Assembly (NCBI GenBank): GCA_038087875.1
Contig: JAXLNO010000146.1
Location: 930,001 to 977,896 of the forward strand
DNA from: Malacoraja senta
Taxonomy: Eukaryota
Direction: 5' to 3'
Length of the DNA: 47,896 nucleotides
Shown: piece after piece, positions 11,491 through 23,756 of the stretch
Numbering within the stretch: the stretch's first letter is position 1
Layout of the letters: each line of letters starts with the position of its first letter
Notes under the pieces: generated by a model
The model's database searches: none
What the model saw: only the letters and a program-made list of their open reading frames with translations
Told to the model about the DNA's origin: nothing
Made by a program: the position numbers and the translations under genes

Positions 11491-11939
11491 AGTGCTCCTG
11501 CCTTGTCAGAGGCACCTTTTCACTTCCAACACAAGATGATAAATCCCAGTGTACCATCACTGAATTCATAATGATTTCCTGAGTCCAGTATCAGTGTTTA
11601 AAAAATTTTATTCAAGCAAAATGGTTATTTGGTATCAGAGCAAAGCATTAAAAGATCTGCAGACCTTAACTAAAAACTGAACATATCATAACTCATAAAA
11701 AGAAAAGCTATCTAAATATAACTAAAAGACTGAAGGCTGAACTGGCGATTCAACTACAAACGTTCACACTGAACACACAGCTGTAAACCAGGTTTCTTTA
11801 CCATTACCATTATAGGATGATCCAAGGCCCCGAGGACCTAATCTATAGGGAGAGGATGGCCAGGCTAGGATTTTATTCCTTGGAGCGCAGGAGGATGAGG
11901 GGTCATCTTACAGAGCTGTAAACTACAGGGAACTATGTA

Positions 11940-13135
11940 AATATAGAAAATAGGTGCAGGAGTAGGCCATTCTGCCCTTCGAGCCATCACCGTCATTGTA
12001 AAGATCATGGCTGATCATCCAAAATCAGTACCCCGTTCCGGCTTTTTCCCATATCCCTTGATTCCATTAACCCTACGAGCTAAATCTAACTCTCCCGTAA
12101 ATATATCCAGTGAATTGGCCTCCACTGCCTTCTGTGGCAAATAATTCCACAGATTCATAACTCTCTGGGTGAAAAAGATTTTGATCTCAGTCCTAAGTGG
12201 CCTATCGCTTATTCTTAAACTGTGACCCCCTGATTCTGGACTCCCCCAACATTGGGAACATTTTTCCTGCATCTAGCCTGTCGAATCCCTTAAGAATTGT
12301 ATATGTTTCTATAAGATCCCCTCTCATGCTTCTAAATTCCAGTGAATACCTTCTGAACCTTCAGAATTTTGTAGTCGGCAGGGCAGTACTCTGCATATCG
12401 CCAACTTGGACAATTTTACATTTTTGTCAAGCCAATTAATCGAGCCAATTAACCAACAAACCTGTACATCTTTGGAGTGTGGGAGGACACCAAAGATCTC
12501 GGAGAAAACCCACGCAGATCACGGGGAGAACGTACAAACTCCATACAGACAGCACCCATAATCTGGATCAAACCCGGGTCTCTGGCGCTGCATTTTGCTG
12601 TAGGGCAGCAACTCTACCGCTGTGCAACCGTGACTGCGTCCAGCCGATCCATTCTTTCATCATATGTCAGCCCTGCCATCCCGGGAATTAATCTGTTGAA
12701 CCTATGCTGCATTCCCTCAATGGCAAGAATGTCCTTCCTCAAGTTAGGAGACCAAAGCTGCACACAATATCTCAGGTGTGGTCTCACCAGGGCCGTGTAC
12801 AACTGCAGTATGACCTCTTTGCTCCTAAACTCAAATCCTCTCGCAATGAAGGCCAACATGCCATTAGCTTTCGTCACAGCCTGCTCCAACTGCATGCTTA
12901 CTTACAGTGACTGATGTACACGAATACCTCGTTGCACCTCCCCTTTTCCAAATCTGACACTATTCAGATAATAATCTGCCGTCTTGTTCTTGCCACCAAA
13001 GTGGATAACCTCACATTTATCCACATTATCCTGCATCTGCCATGCATCTACCCACTCACCCAAACTATCCAAGTCACCCTGCAGCCACATAGCATCTTCC
13101 TGGCAGCTCAGTGCCACCCACATTGTACCTGCACT
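11940..13135 (-). mobile_element. degenerate CR1 (RT C-terminal half + 3'UTR) interrupted by a V-SINE (~12365-12635)
   Basis: KANGMLAFIARGFEFRSKEVILQLY and WQMQDNVDKCEVIHFG on the minus strand; tagaaaataggtgcaggagtagg tail. Confidence 0.85.
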
Positions 13136-13516
13136 CCTAGATCTATCTGCTCTAGAAGATGCTCTGGTAAGTTCCTGTGTAATAGCATTAAAGTTGGCTT
13201 TGCTCCAATTCAGAATTTTACCATGTGGGCCTGCCCTGTCTTTTTCCATGACGACTTTAATACTCATAGATCAGTGGATGCTGCTCCTAAACATTTTGCT
13301 CACGGACACTTCAGTCACTTCCCCGAACCATTAACATGTTTAAAACTTTGAACAATAAACCAATTCCCACAAAATTCAAGCTTCAAGTTTTCCCTGTGGC
13401 ATAATATACTCTGTTCCCACTAATTTCAAGTAAATTAATTTCCACTGCATTTACTTTCCAACAATTTAACATTCATCATCAGAGGGTCAGAATCATATGG
13501 CGCGGAAACATGCCAC

Positions 13517-13732
13517 GTGTAGGAAGGAATTGCAGATGCTGGTTTACGCCAAAGATAGACACTAAATGCTGGAGTAACTCGGTGGGACAGGCCCATTTCT
13601 GGATAGAAGGAATGGGTGACGTTTTGAGTCAAGACCCTTCTTCAGGGCCCAAAGCGCCACGCATTCCTTCTATCCAGTGATGCTGGTTGTCCCGCTGAGT
13701 TACTCCTTCCTGCATTTTGTGTCTATCTTCGA
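13517..13732. mobile_element. fold-back (inverted) pair of Penelope-associated repeats
   Basis: aagatagacac...tggatagaaggaatg versus cattccttctatcca...gtgtctatctt. Confidence 0.7.
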
Positions 13733-14180
13733 TGGAAACAAGCCATTTGCCCCAACTCGTCCAAGCCCAATAAGATGCCTCATTTAAGCTAGACCCATTT
13801 GTTTGCATTTGTCCCATATCCCTCCAAATGTTTCCTCTCCATGCACATATCAAAATGCCTTCTAAATGTTGTTTTTGGACCCGCCTCAATCACTACATCT
13901 GGAAAGTCCCACCCTTGGTGTAAAGAGATTGCCCCACAGGCTGCTATTGTCTAACTCGTCTCACATTAAACCTGCAGGTATGTCCTTATTTCTTTATTTC
14001 CCAAGCCAGGGAAACACAAAACTGTACATTCACTATTTCTATTCCCCTCATTATTCTAAACACTTCTATAAAAGATCACCCCTCAGCCTCCTGCATTGCA
14101 AGGAATAACATCCTAGCCGACCTAATCTCTCCCTGTAGCTCAGGCCTTCAAATGCTGCCATTAACGGAGTCAATATTCTA

Positions 14181-14475
14181 GTTTAGTGATACAGAGTGAA
14201 ACAAGCTCTCTGGCCCACCGAGTCCATGCCAACCAGCAATCATCCATACTAGTTCTATCCTACACTCTTGGGACGATTTACAGAAGCCAATTAACCTTCA
14301 AGCCTGCACATCATTGGAATGCAGGAGGAAACTGGAGCACTGGGAAAAAATCCCACACGATCACAGGGAGAGTATACTGTACAGACTACGTGCAGACAGC
14401 ACCCGTAGTCAAGATCAAACTGGAGTCTCTGGCGCTGTAAGGCAGCAACTCTACCGCTGCATTTCTGTGCCACCC
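14181..14475 (-). mobile_element. tRNA-derived V-SINE
   Basis: reverse complement of the SINE head (ggtagagttgctgccttacagcgccagaga) and V-domain. Confidence 0.8.
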
Positions 14476-14650
14476 TCTGCACTCTTTCCAGCTCAACAAC
14501 ATCTTATGGCTTCATTCTTATAGAAGAGTGACCAAAACTACTGCACAAGTTATCACACTGCTCCAATTATGCCTCAGCAATGTCTTGTATAACTGCAGCA
14601 ATTGGTCTGCATAGTTCTCACATGCAAGAAACCTGAAGTAAAGACAAAAA

Positions 14651-14940
14651 GGGTGGCATAGTGGTGCAGCAGTAGGTTTTGCTGCCTTACAGTGCCAGAG
14701 ACCCGGATTTGATCACCACTCTGGGTACTGTCTGTATGGAGTTTGCACTTTCTCCCTGTGCCCGTGTAGGTTTTCTCCGGGTGCTCCAATTTCCTCCCAC
14801 ATTCCAAAGACATGCAGGTTTGCAGATTAATGGCTTCAGCAAATTGTCCCTAGTGTGTACGGGAGAACTAGTGTAGGAGTAATCACTGGTGGGCGTGTAC
14901 TCCGTGGGCCTGTTTCCACGCTGTATTTGTAAACTAAACT
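14651..14940 (+). mobile_element. tRNA-derived V-SINE
   Basis: ggcatagtggtgcagc head, V-domain, taaactaaact tail. Confidence 0.85.
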
Positions 14941-15409
14941 GCTAAAAAAGTGCTGCAAATGTGCACATCAGGCAGTAAATGTTGAGAATGAAATCCAGAA
15001 TTGATGTTACAGAACAAAGACCTTCCTTCATGGAAAATTGCAGACATCAAACCTTATCTTAAAATGCAGGAAAAATAGAGGGGGTAGGGAACAATAGGGA
15101 ACAGTTGAATGGGTTTGCAGAGAATTGTTGAGGTTAGTTTAGATAAAAAATCATCAACCGCTTGAAAACAAGTTTGCGGAACAGAGACAACGATAGCTTG
15201 TGATCTCAAGGTCACAACTGATAAGAACCCAGACAGAACTGTGAACAATTAGCGTTACATTGTAGGTTGGTACTTGATACATCCTAATCATCCTGTAGAT
15301 GTAGAAGCTGCTTTATCAGCTGTGTGTTCAGAGTGCGATCTGTGTGAAAGTGTTTAGTCGAATGGTCAGTGTCTTTCGTCTGTTAGTTATGTTCAGTCTT
15401 TAGTCGTTT

Positions 15410-15645
15410 AGTTGTTCAGTTTAGTTTATTATCACGTGTACTGAGATACAGTGAAATGCTTTTGTTGTGTGTAAACCAGCCAGCGGAAAGATAATACATG
15501 ATTACAATCGAATCATTCGCAGTGTATAGATACACGATAAGGGAATAAATAATGTTTAGTGCAAGGTAAAGCCAGTAAGGTATGATCAAAGATAGTGCGA
15601 GCATCTCCAATGAGGCAGATAGTAGTTCAGGGCTGTTCTCTGGTT
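15410..15645 (-). mobile_element. LINE 3'UTR-type repeat with (TAAAC)n tail; related copy in the GPCR intron (32852-33040 + 33272-33315)
   Basis: gtttagtttattatcacgtgtactgagatacagtgaaa shared with 32860-32900. Confidence 0.6.
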
Positions 15646-16557
15646 ACGGTATTTTAATTCCAAAGTCATTTGTGTTTTGTTAGTTATGATATGTTCAGTT
15701 TTTAGTTAAGGTCTGAATATCTTTAAATGCTTCGCTCCGATACCATATAACCATTGTACCTGAATAAATGTTTTAAACGCTAATACTGGACTCGGCAAAT
15801 CATTGAGAATTCAGTTATCCTACAACTGTGATTGAAGTAATTGCCCGTTAATTAAATTATCCGCCTTATTCTTGATCTTTGGCCTTTCACACGCTTCCAA
15901 ACACAATATAAACTGCAGGAACAGCACGTCAACATTCAACTGGGGAAATGTCAGTATTCAGACGTTAATGTTAAATTCAGGAGTTTCAGATGAACAGCCT
16001 GTCCAGTCCGTGCTGGAGCCGACCAGAAAGGTCATCCTGCACATGTCAAAATCTTCATCAAAAGCACAAAGTACAAGAGGAACTCAGCAGGTCAAGCAGC
16101 ATTTGTGGAAGGAAATGGACTCTTTCTGTCTGAAAAAAATCCAGACCCAAAACATCACCTGTACATTTCCTTCTACAGATGCTGCATGACCCTCTTACCT
16201 CCTCTAGCACTGTGTTTGACACTTAAGTCATCAGAAGACAGACACAAAAAGGTGCAGTAACTCAGCGGGTCAGACAGCATCTCTGGAGAAAAGGAATAGG
16301 TGACGTTTCGGGTGGAGACCCTTCTTGAAACACGAACTGCACTGTTCCTCCTTCCATAGCTGTTTCCTGACCAGTTTAGGATGTCCAGCATTTAGAAACA
16401 AAGAACTGCAGATGTTGGTTTATCAAGAGTGCTGGAGTAACAGTGCATCAGGCAGGATCCCTGGATAACAACATCCCTGGAGAACATACATAGGTGATGT
16501 TTTGGGGTTGGGAGCCTTCTTTGGAATTATTCAACCAAGGAGACAGAATAAGTCTGT

Positions 16558-17042
16558 AGAAGGAGGGTGGGGGAAGGAGGGTGGGGGGTGGAGGGAGGTA
16601 AGGAGGGTGGGGGCAGAGGAGGGAGGGGAGAGGATGGAGGGGAGTGGATGGAGGGGAGAGGAGGGAATGGAGGGAGAGGAGAGGGGAGAGGAGAGGAGAG
16701 GAAGGGGAGGAGGTGGGAAGGGAGGGAGGGGAGAGGAGGAGGGAGGGGAGAGGAGGAGGGAGGGGAGAGGAGAGGGAGTGGAGAGAAGGGGGGAGAGGAG
16801 GGGAGGGGGAGAGGAGGGGAGGGGGAGAGGAGGGGAGGTGAGAGAGGAAAGGGAGAGAGAGGAAGGGGAGAAAGGCAGGGGGGAGAGAGGAAAGGGGGAG
16901 AGAGAAGGGGGGAGAGAGGAAGGGGGGAGAGAGGAAGGGGGGATAGAGGAAGGGAGAAAGAAGGGGGAGAGGAGGGGGGGAGGAAAGGGGGAGAGAGACA
17001 CAGATAGAGTGTGTGTGTGTAGCGGGGGGGGGGGGGGGGGGG
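16558..17042. repeat. polypurine (G/A) low-complexity tract ending in (GT)n and G19
   Basis: ~430 nt of almost only G and A, then gtgtgtgtgtgt and a G-run at 17024-17042. Confidence 0.95.
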
Positions 17043-17190
17043 CTCCTGCTCATTCAAGAAAGTGTTCCACAGAACTGAAAAAGCATCAACCAGTCATGTT
17101 TCAAATCGCAGAGATGGAATGCGGAAGGAACGTGGAGAATGTGATTGGGTGAAGGACAACGTTGATCAGGAAAGTTCATTTTAAACTCGG

Positions 17191-17226
17191 CAGTTTGAAG
17201 AAGGGTCTCGACCCGAAACGTCATCC
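17191..17226 (+). ncRNA. minimal hammerhead-ribozyme-like motif in a Penelope-associated repeat (best-preserved stem II)
   Basis: UUGAAGA-A-GGGUC-UC-GACCC-GAAAC-GUC; other copies have CUGAAGA; stem I is weak in this copy. Confidence 0.5.
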
Positions 17227-17301
17227 ATTCCTTCTCTCCAGAGATGCTGTCTGTCCCGCTGAGTTACTCCAGCATTTTGTGTCGATCCTCGGCAGTCTCT
17301 G

Positions 17302-18543
17302 ATGCATTTGGAAAGTGGTGAAATCATTGGACAAAGTCAGCATGGATTTACGAAAGGTAAATCATGTCTGACGAATCTTATAGAATTTTTCGAGGATGTA
17401 ACTAGTAGAGTGGATAGGGGAGAACCTGTGGATGTGTTGTATCTGGACTTTCAGAAGGCTTTCGACAAGGTACCACATAAGAGATTAGGATTCAAACTTA
17501 AAGCACACGGTATTCGGGGTTCAGTATTGATGTGGATAGAGAACTGGCTGGCAAACAGGAAGCAAAGAGTAGGAGTAAACGGGTCCTTTTCACAATGGCA
17601 GGCGGTGACTAGTGGGGTACCGCAAGGCTCAGTGCTGGGACCCCAGCTATTTACAATGTATATTAATGAACTGGATGAGGGAATTGAAGGCAACATCTCC
17701 AAGTTTGCGGATGACACTAAGCTGGGGGGCAGTATTACCTGTGAGGAGGATGCTAGGAGACCGCAAGGTGACTTGGATAGGCTGGGTGAGTGGGCAAATG
17801 TTTGGCAGATGCAGTATAATGTGGATAAATGTGAGGTTATCCACTTTGGTGGCAAAAACAGGAAAGTAGACTATTATCTAAATGGTGGCCGATTAGGAAA
17901 AGGGGAGATGCAGCGAGACCTGGGTGTCATGGTACACCAGTCATTGAAAGTAGGCATGCAGGTGCAGCAGGCAGTGAAGAAAACGAATGGTATGTTAGCT
18001 TTCATAGCAAAAGGATTTGAGTATAGGAGCGGGGAGGTTCTACTGCAGTTGTACAGGGTCTTGGTGAGACCACACCTGGAGTATTGCGTACAGTTTTGGT
18101 CTCCAAATCTGAGGAAGGACATTATAGCCATAGAGGGAGTGCAGAGAAGGTTCACCAGACTGATTCCTGGGATGTCAGGACTTTCATATGAAGAAAGACT
18201 GGATAGACTTGGCTTATACTCGCTAGAATTTAGGAGATTGAGAGGGGATCTTATAGAAACGTTCAAAATTGTTATGGGGTTGGACAGGCTTGATGCAGGA
18301 AGATTGTTCCCGGTGTTGGGGAAGTGCAGGACAAGGGGTCACAGCTTAAGGATAAGGGGGAAATCCTTTAAGACCGAGATGAGAAAAAACTTTTTCACAC
18401 AGAGAGTGGTGAATCTCTGGAACTTTCTGCCACAGAGGGTAGTTGAGGCCAGTTCATTGGCTATATTTAAGAGGGAGTTAGATGTGGCCCTTGTGGCTAA
18501 AGGGATCAGGGGGTATGGAGAGAAGGCAGGTACGGGATACTGA
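17302..18543 (+). CDS. CR1 ORF2 RT fragment, 413 aa (ATG created at the 5' junction)
   Basis: [36 protein letters not shown]; the sister copy reads AAHLESG, so the Met is junctional. Confidence 0.85.
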   Translation: MHLESGEIIGQSQHGFTKGKSCLTNLIEFFEDVTSRVDRGEPVDVLYLDFQKAFDKVPHKRLGFKLKAHGIRGSVLMWIENWLANRKQRVGVNGSFSQWQAVTSGVPQGSVLGPQLFTMYINELDEGIEGNISKFADDTKLGGSITCEEDARRPQGDLDRLGEWANVWQMQYNVDKCEVIHFGGKNRKVDYYLNGGRLGKGEMQRDLGVMVHQSLKVGMQVQQAVKKTNGMLAFIAKGFEYRSGEVLLQLYRVLVRPHLEYCVQFWSPNLRKDIIAIEGVQRRFTRLIPGMSGLSYEERLDRLGLYSLEFRRLRGDLIETFKIVMGLDRLDAGRLFPVLGKCRTRGHSLRIRGKSFKTEMRKNFFTQRVVNLWNFLPQRVVEASSLAIFKRELDVALVAKGIRGYGEKAGTGY

Positions 18544-18638
18544 GTTGGATGATCAGCCCTGATCATATTGAATGGCGGTGCTGGCTCGAAGGGCTGAATG
18601 GCCTACTCCTGCACCTGTTTTCTATGTATCTATGTATC
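17305..18638 (+). mobile_element. young 5'-truncated CR1 LINE, subfamily with (TATG)n-like tail
   Basis: uninterrupted RT ORF; 3'UTR; tail tttctatgtatctatgtatc. Confidence 0.95.
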
Positions 18639-18717
18639 AGAGTAACGTAAAGGCCTGAACAGAACAGCGTCGTGACCTGTTTACAGAGAAGACACGTTTA
18701 GACGGTTTGCTCCGTGA

Positions 18718-18860
18718 GGGCAGCATAGTGGAGCATCTGCAGAGCTGCTGTCTCACAGCGCCATGGTCCCGGGTTCGAGCCTGCCCTCGGGTGCCGTATG
18801 TGTAGCGTTTACACATTCTTTCTGTGACCACGTGGGTTTGTGGGTTAAATTGCCTCTGTA
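18718..18860 (+). mobile_element. partial V-SINE
   Basis: ggcagcatagtggagca head, gggttcgagcc B-box, truncated V-domain. Confidence 0.65.
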
Positions 18861-21713
18861 AAAATAGTTCTCTAAATTTAGCTAACACAATTTGTAACAT
18901 CTGAAAAGTTCAGCGCCTGTATCTTCAGGCTTGCTATAATGATCGTTTTATACCGTGGGATCCGCTTTCTACCAGTTCCAAGAGAACTTTGTCCTGGACT
19001 GTCCCGGGTCAGTCCGAGTCCAGACTTCATGTTCAAACACGGCTTTATAGTTTGCGCCTGAGTTACTATTTAAAGCGCCATTTTACACAAGGTCGTTAAA
19101 AAGTTACAGAGGCCTTTGATTCACTTCAGCCCGGCGCCCAATTGTTGCAGTTTGATCGCAAAAAGACGATCTTCGAGCGTGTAAAACATTATCGAGGGTT
19201 GAATGAACTCACTGGAACATTGGAAATAAAATAACTTTTCACGCTGGAAGCTGCAAACCAAAGATCTTTGCTGTAAACCGCTCGGGTGTGCATTTAATGT
19301 AATGCAACTGATTACTTCTAATGCAACTGACTCCTTCTCATGGGAACGCGTGTATTTAGGTAAAGACTTGTGTACACGCCATGTTTACAGCTTGCAAGTT
19401 CCAGCTTCGGAACCCGCTGTATATATATCCCGACATGTGTTGGGTCGCGCCGTACCTGAGTGGGGCTCGGGGTTGCAGTACGAGTCGTTACTAAACCGCC
19501 CCTCAAGTTGCCTTCATCTGTGGCGAGGTTTCACTCGCTACCGGCAGCTTTTGATTCTGCCCGCATGGAGACACCCCGGTGTTGTGTTCTCTGGAAGTTG
19601 AATGTATTGCACCACCGGCCACAGCCGACAGTGTCGCTACAGGGGGAGTTCCGTGGCGGGCAGCGCTGCAGAGCCAGTGAAAGAGTCAAACACAATGTGT
19701 AGGAAGGAACTGCAGATGTTGGTTTAAAGCGAAGAGAGACACAACAAGTTGGAGTAACTCAGCGGGCCAGACTGCATCTCTGGAGAAAAGGAATAGGTGA
19801 CATTTCGGGTCGAGACCCTTCTTCAAACTGCGCACCACATATTTGGGTGTCTTTCCTACATATTTTAATTTCATTTTCATTGAATTTGAAGTACTGACAC
19901 AGGCCCTTCGGGCCATCTCGTCAATGTTGACCAAGATGTCCAATCTACCTGGCCGAGTTTGACCCATATCCCTCTAATCTGTTCCTATCCACGTCCTTGT
20001 CCAAATGTATTTTTAAATGTTGTCACAGTACCAGCCTCAACCACCTCCTCTGGCAGCTGGTTCCAAATACTCACCATCTTCTGAAAAACCTGCCCCTCAG
20101 GTTCCTATTAAATCTTTCTCTTCTCACCTTAAATCTATGTCTTCTGGTTCTTGTAAATACAAGGAACTGCAGATGCTGGTTTATACCACAGATAGACTCA
20201 AAGTGCTGGTCAGGCAGCATCACTGGAGAAAAAGGATAGGTGACGTTTCGTGTCGGGACTCAGACTGAAAGTAGGGGGTGGGGTGTGTGCCAGAGGAGAG
20301 AAAAGACCAGAACAAATCAGGGTCAACAACAAAGAACCTAAAGCAGGGTTGAATCTTGGTTGGTCTATTGTTGGCTGGGAAGGTGTGATCTCAAGAATCT
20401 GAGGTGAACTGTAGAACTGGTGAAACGACCAGGGTGGTGGAAGGGGGCTCATTTATCCAGTTCCTGAGAAACGACTGAGGCAGGATAGATACCCTGCCCA
20501 AAGGCTCATCGGACGGCGTAACCGGGAGGGAGCTGGAGACATTGCATGTGAGGAGCGTGGGCTGATAGGGGGGTGAACTGGGGTATTGCCTCCAGCACCT
20601 TAATGGTCGGCTGCAGGAGCCGTCCCTGGGACACAGAATGTCCAGGAGAGGAGAGGGATGTTGGCTCGTGGGAAGTGCTCCAGTACATCGAGCGGACGGA
20701 CCGACCAGACTTTGAACACTGAATAATGGCGTCAAATCATGGTGGCGCCCGCGTGTGTAATATATGTAAAAAAAATCATTGTGCAGTTGCACATGTGAAA
20801 AAGAAAACAGTATTGATCCCATTGAACTATTGAGCATCTCACACCTCATTCTCCTTTCTTGATCTCTTTAGTCTCCATCACAGGCGACAGACTATCAACT
20901 GATCTGTACTATCAGACTATCAACTGATCTGGCTGACCTTGGTGGAGCATCACAACGGCTGGGAAGGCGGATGAAGGCTGTAGCAGAAAAGGGTCTCCAG
21001 TGGTCTTTGACTCCATGCCACTGGATCCAGTCTCCCCACGTTAAACAAAGTCACGCACAGGCATCCTCCATATAGGGTACAGCAGCCTGGATACATGCAT
21101 GGTCAGCCATGACCGAAGGGGCCTAAGACATAAGACTGCATCTGATGTTCCCGCTGTGGCACCCTGTGCGTCAACGAGAGCAAATGTAACTTGGCAACAG
21201 TTTCACCGAACACCTGCCAGAACTACCCGAGGAGGTAGTTGAGGCAGGGACTATCCCAACTTTTAAGAAACAGTTAGACAGATACATGGATAGCACAGGT
21301 TTGAAGGGATATGGGCCAAATGTGGGCCAGTGGGACTAATGTGGCTGGAACATGTTGGCCGGTGTGGGCAAGATGGGCCGAAGAGCCTGTTTCCATGCAG
21401 TATCACTCTATGACTATGAACTGCTAGGTCTCCTAGCTACTGACAATTTTATCATCCCTTCACATTCCCCTATTGACCTTTCTGTCTTGGGCCACCTCCA
21501 TTGCCAGAGTGAGACAACTGGAACAGCGCCACATATTTTAGAAACATAGAAACATAGAAAATAGGTGCAGGAGGAGGTCATTCGGCCCTTCGAGCCAGCA
21601 GCACCATTCATTGTGATCATGGCTGATCGAGTAGCATGCTTGGGTAGCATGCAACCCAATGGTATGAATATTGCATTTTCAAATTTTAGGTCACTAACCT
21701 AAAACCGGCCTAT

Positions 21714-23225
21714 TAGATACATACATAGATACATAGAAAATAGGTGCAGGAGTAGGCCATTCGGCCCTTCGAGCCTGCACCGCCATTCAATACGATCATG
21801 GCTGATCATCCAACTCAGTATCCCGTACCTGCCTTCTCTCCATACCCCCTGATCCCTTTAGCCACAAGGGCCACATCTAATTCCCTCTTAAATATAGCCA
21901 ATGAACTGGCCTCAACTACCCTCTGTGGCAGAGAGTTCCAGAGATTCACCACTCTCTGTGTGAAAAAGTTTTTCCTCATCTCGGTCTTAAAGGATTTCCC
22001 CCTTATCCTTAAGCTGTGACCCCTTGTCCTGGACTTCCCCAACATCGGGAACAATCTTCCTGCATCTAGCCTGTCCAACCCCATAAGAATTTTGTACGTT
22101 TCTATAAGATCCCCTCTCAATCTCCTAAATTCTAGCGAGTATAAGCCAAGTCTATCCAGTCTTTCTTCATATGAAAGTCCTGACATCCCAGGAATCAGTC
22201 TGGTGAACCTTCTCTGCACTCCCTCTATGGCTATAATGTCCTTCCTCAGATTTGGAGACCAAAACTGTACGCAATACTCCAGGTGTGGTCTCACCAAGAC
22301 CCTGTACAACTGCAGTAGAACCTCCCTGCTCCTATACTCATATCCTCTTGCTATGAAGGCCAACATACCATTCGCTTTCTTCACTCCCTGCTGCACCTGC
22401 ATGCCTACTTTCAATGACTGGTGTACCATGACACCCAGGTCTCGCTGCATCTCCCCATTTCCTAATCGGCCACCATTTAGATAATAGTCTGCCTTCCCGT
22501 TTTTGCTACCAAAGTGGATAACCTCACATTTATCCACATTATACTGCATCTGCCAAACATTTGCCCACTCACCCAGCCTATCCAAGTCACCTTGCAGTCT
22601 CCTAGCATCCTCCTCACAGCTAACACTGCCCCCCAGCTTAGTGTCATCCGCAAACTTGGAGATGTTGCTTTCAATTCCCTCGTCCAGATCATTAATATAA
22701 ATTGTAAATAGCTGGGGTCCCAGCACTGAGCCTTGCGGTACCCCACTAGTCACTGCCTGCCATTGTGAAAAGGACCCGTTTACTCCTACTCTTTGCTTCC
22801 TGTTTGCCAGCCAGTTCTCTATCCACATCAATACTGAACCCCCAATACCGTGTGATTTAAGTTTGTATCCTAATCTCTTATGTGGTACCTTGTCGAAAGC
22901 CTTCTGAAAGTCCAGATACAACACATCCACTGGTTCTCCCCTATCCACTCTACTAGTTACATCCTCGAAAAATTCTATAAGATTCGTCAGACACGATTTA
23001 CCTTTCGTAAATCCATGCTGACTTTGTCCAATGATTTCACCACTTTCCAAATGTGCTGCTATCCCATCTTTAATAACTGACTCTAGCAGTTTCCCCACTA
23101 CCGATGTTAGACTAACTGGTCTGTAATTCCCCGTTTTCTCTCTCCCTCCCTTCTTAAAAAGTGGGGTTACGTTTGCTACCCTCCAATCCTCAGGAACTAC
23201 TCCAGAATCTAAAGAGTTTTGAAAA
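21714..23225 (-). mobile_element. young 5'-truncated CR1 LINE, same subfamily as 17305-18638
   Basis: open ORF; tail tagatacatacatagatacatagaaa. Confidence 0.95.
21815..23225 (-). CDS. CR1 ORF2 RT fragment (the first ~28 aa of the 497-aa track ORF come from the adjacent older LINE)
   Basis: FQNSLDSGVVPEDWRVANVTPLFKKG..NYRPVSLTS, FADD, GYGEKAGTGY*. Confidence 0.9.
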
Positions 23226-23483
23226 CTCTTCAACCTATTCAACCTCTCCCTCTTGGTCAAACCCTCTAGTTGTGGCAGCATCCTCGTAAATCCTCTCTGT
23301 CCTGGCAATATCCTCGTAAGTCATCTGTGCACCATTTCCAGCTGGACAACATCTTTCCTGCAACATAGAACTGAACACTATACTCTAAATGTGGTCTCAC
23401 AAACGTCTTATACAACTGCAACATGACCTAATTTCTATACTATGACTGATGAAGGCCAATGTACCAAAAGCCTTTTTGAACAC

Positions 23484-23687
23484 TGTAAAGGATTGATATC
23501 GAGACATCGTTACTTTACTATCTTTATTCATACTGGAGCATTATACATTGCACTAGCTGTACGTGGTCTGTCACAGGAACTAGAGAGCGATCTGTGGGTG
23601 TGGAGGTTGTAGTTATACTTGTGATATGGGGAGTGGTTAGTGGGTGTGAGGTCACTATGTTAAAGGCACATGCATATCTCATCTACA
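23484..23687 (-). repeat. 3' LTR, 204 bp
   Basis: tgtaaagg...atctaca; minus-strand AATAAA at 23523-23528. Confidence 0.97.
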
Positions 23688-23699
23688 TCCTTCCTCCCC
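23688..23699 (-). other. polypurine tract (PPT) GGGGAGGAAGGA
   Basis: tccttcctcccc directly abuts the 3' LTR. Confidence 0.9.
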
Positions 23700-23756
23700 G
23701 AAACGACAGGCAAATACAAAGGTGACATGGCGACCACGGCTCATGCGCTAGGATAG

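Noticed and set aside
16448..17152. Pro/Ser/Leu-rich and Gly/Glu/Arg-rich ORFs of 65-216 aa
   Set aside because: Stop-free translation of the polypurine tract; no protein features
17451..18266. Antisense ORFs (also 319-753, 22092-22484)
   Set aside because: Shadow frames of CR1 RT, reproduced in each copy
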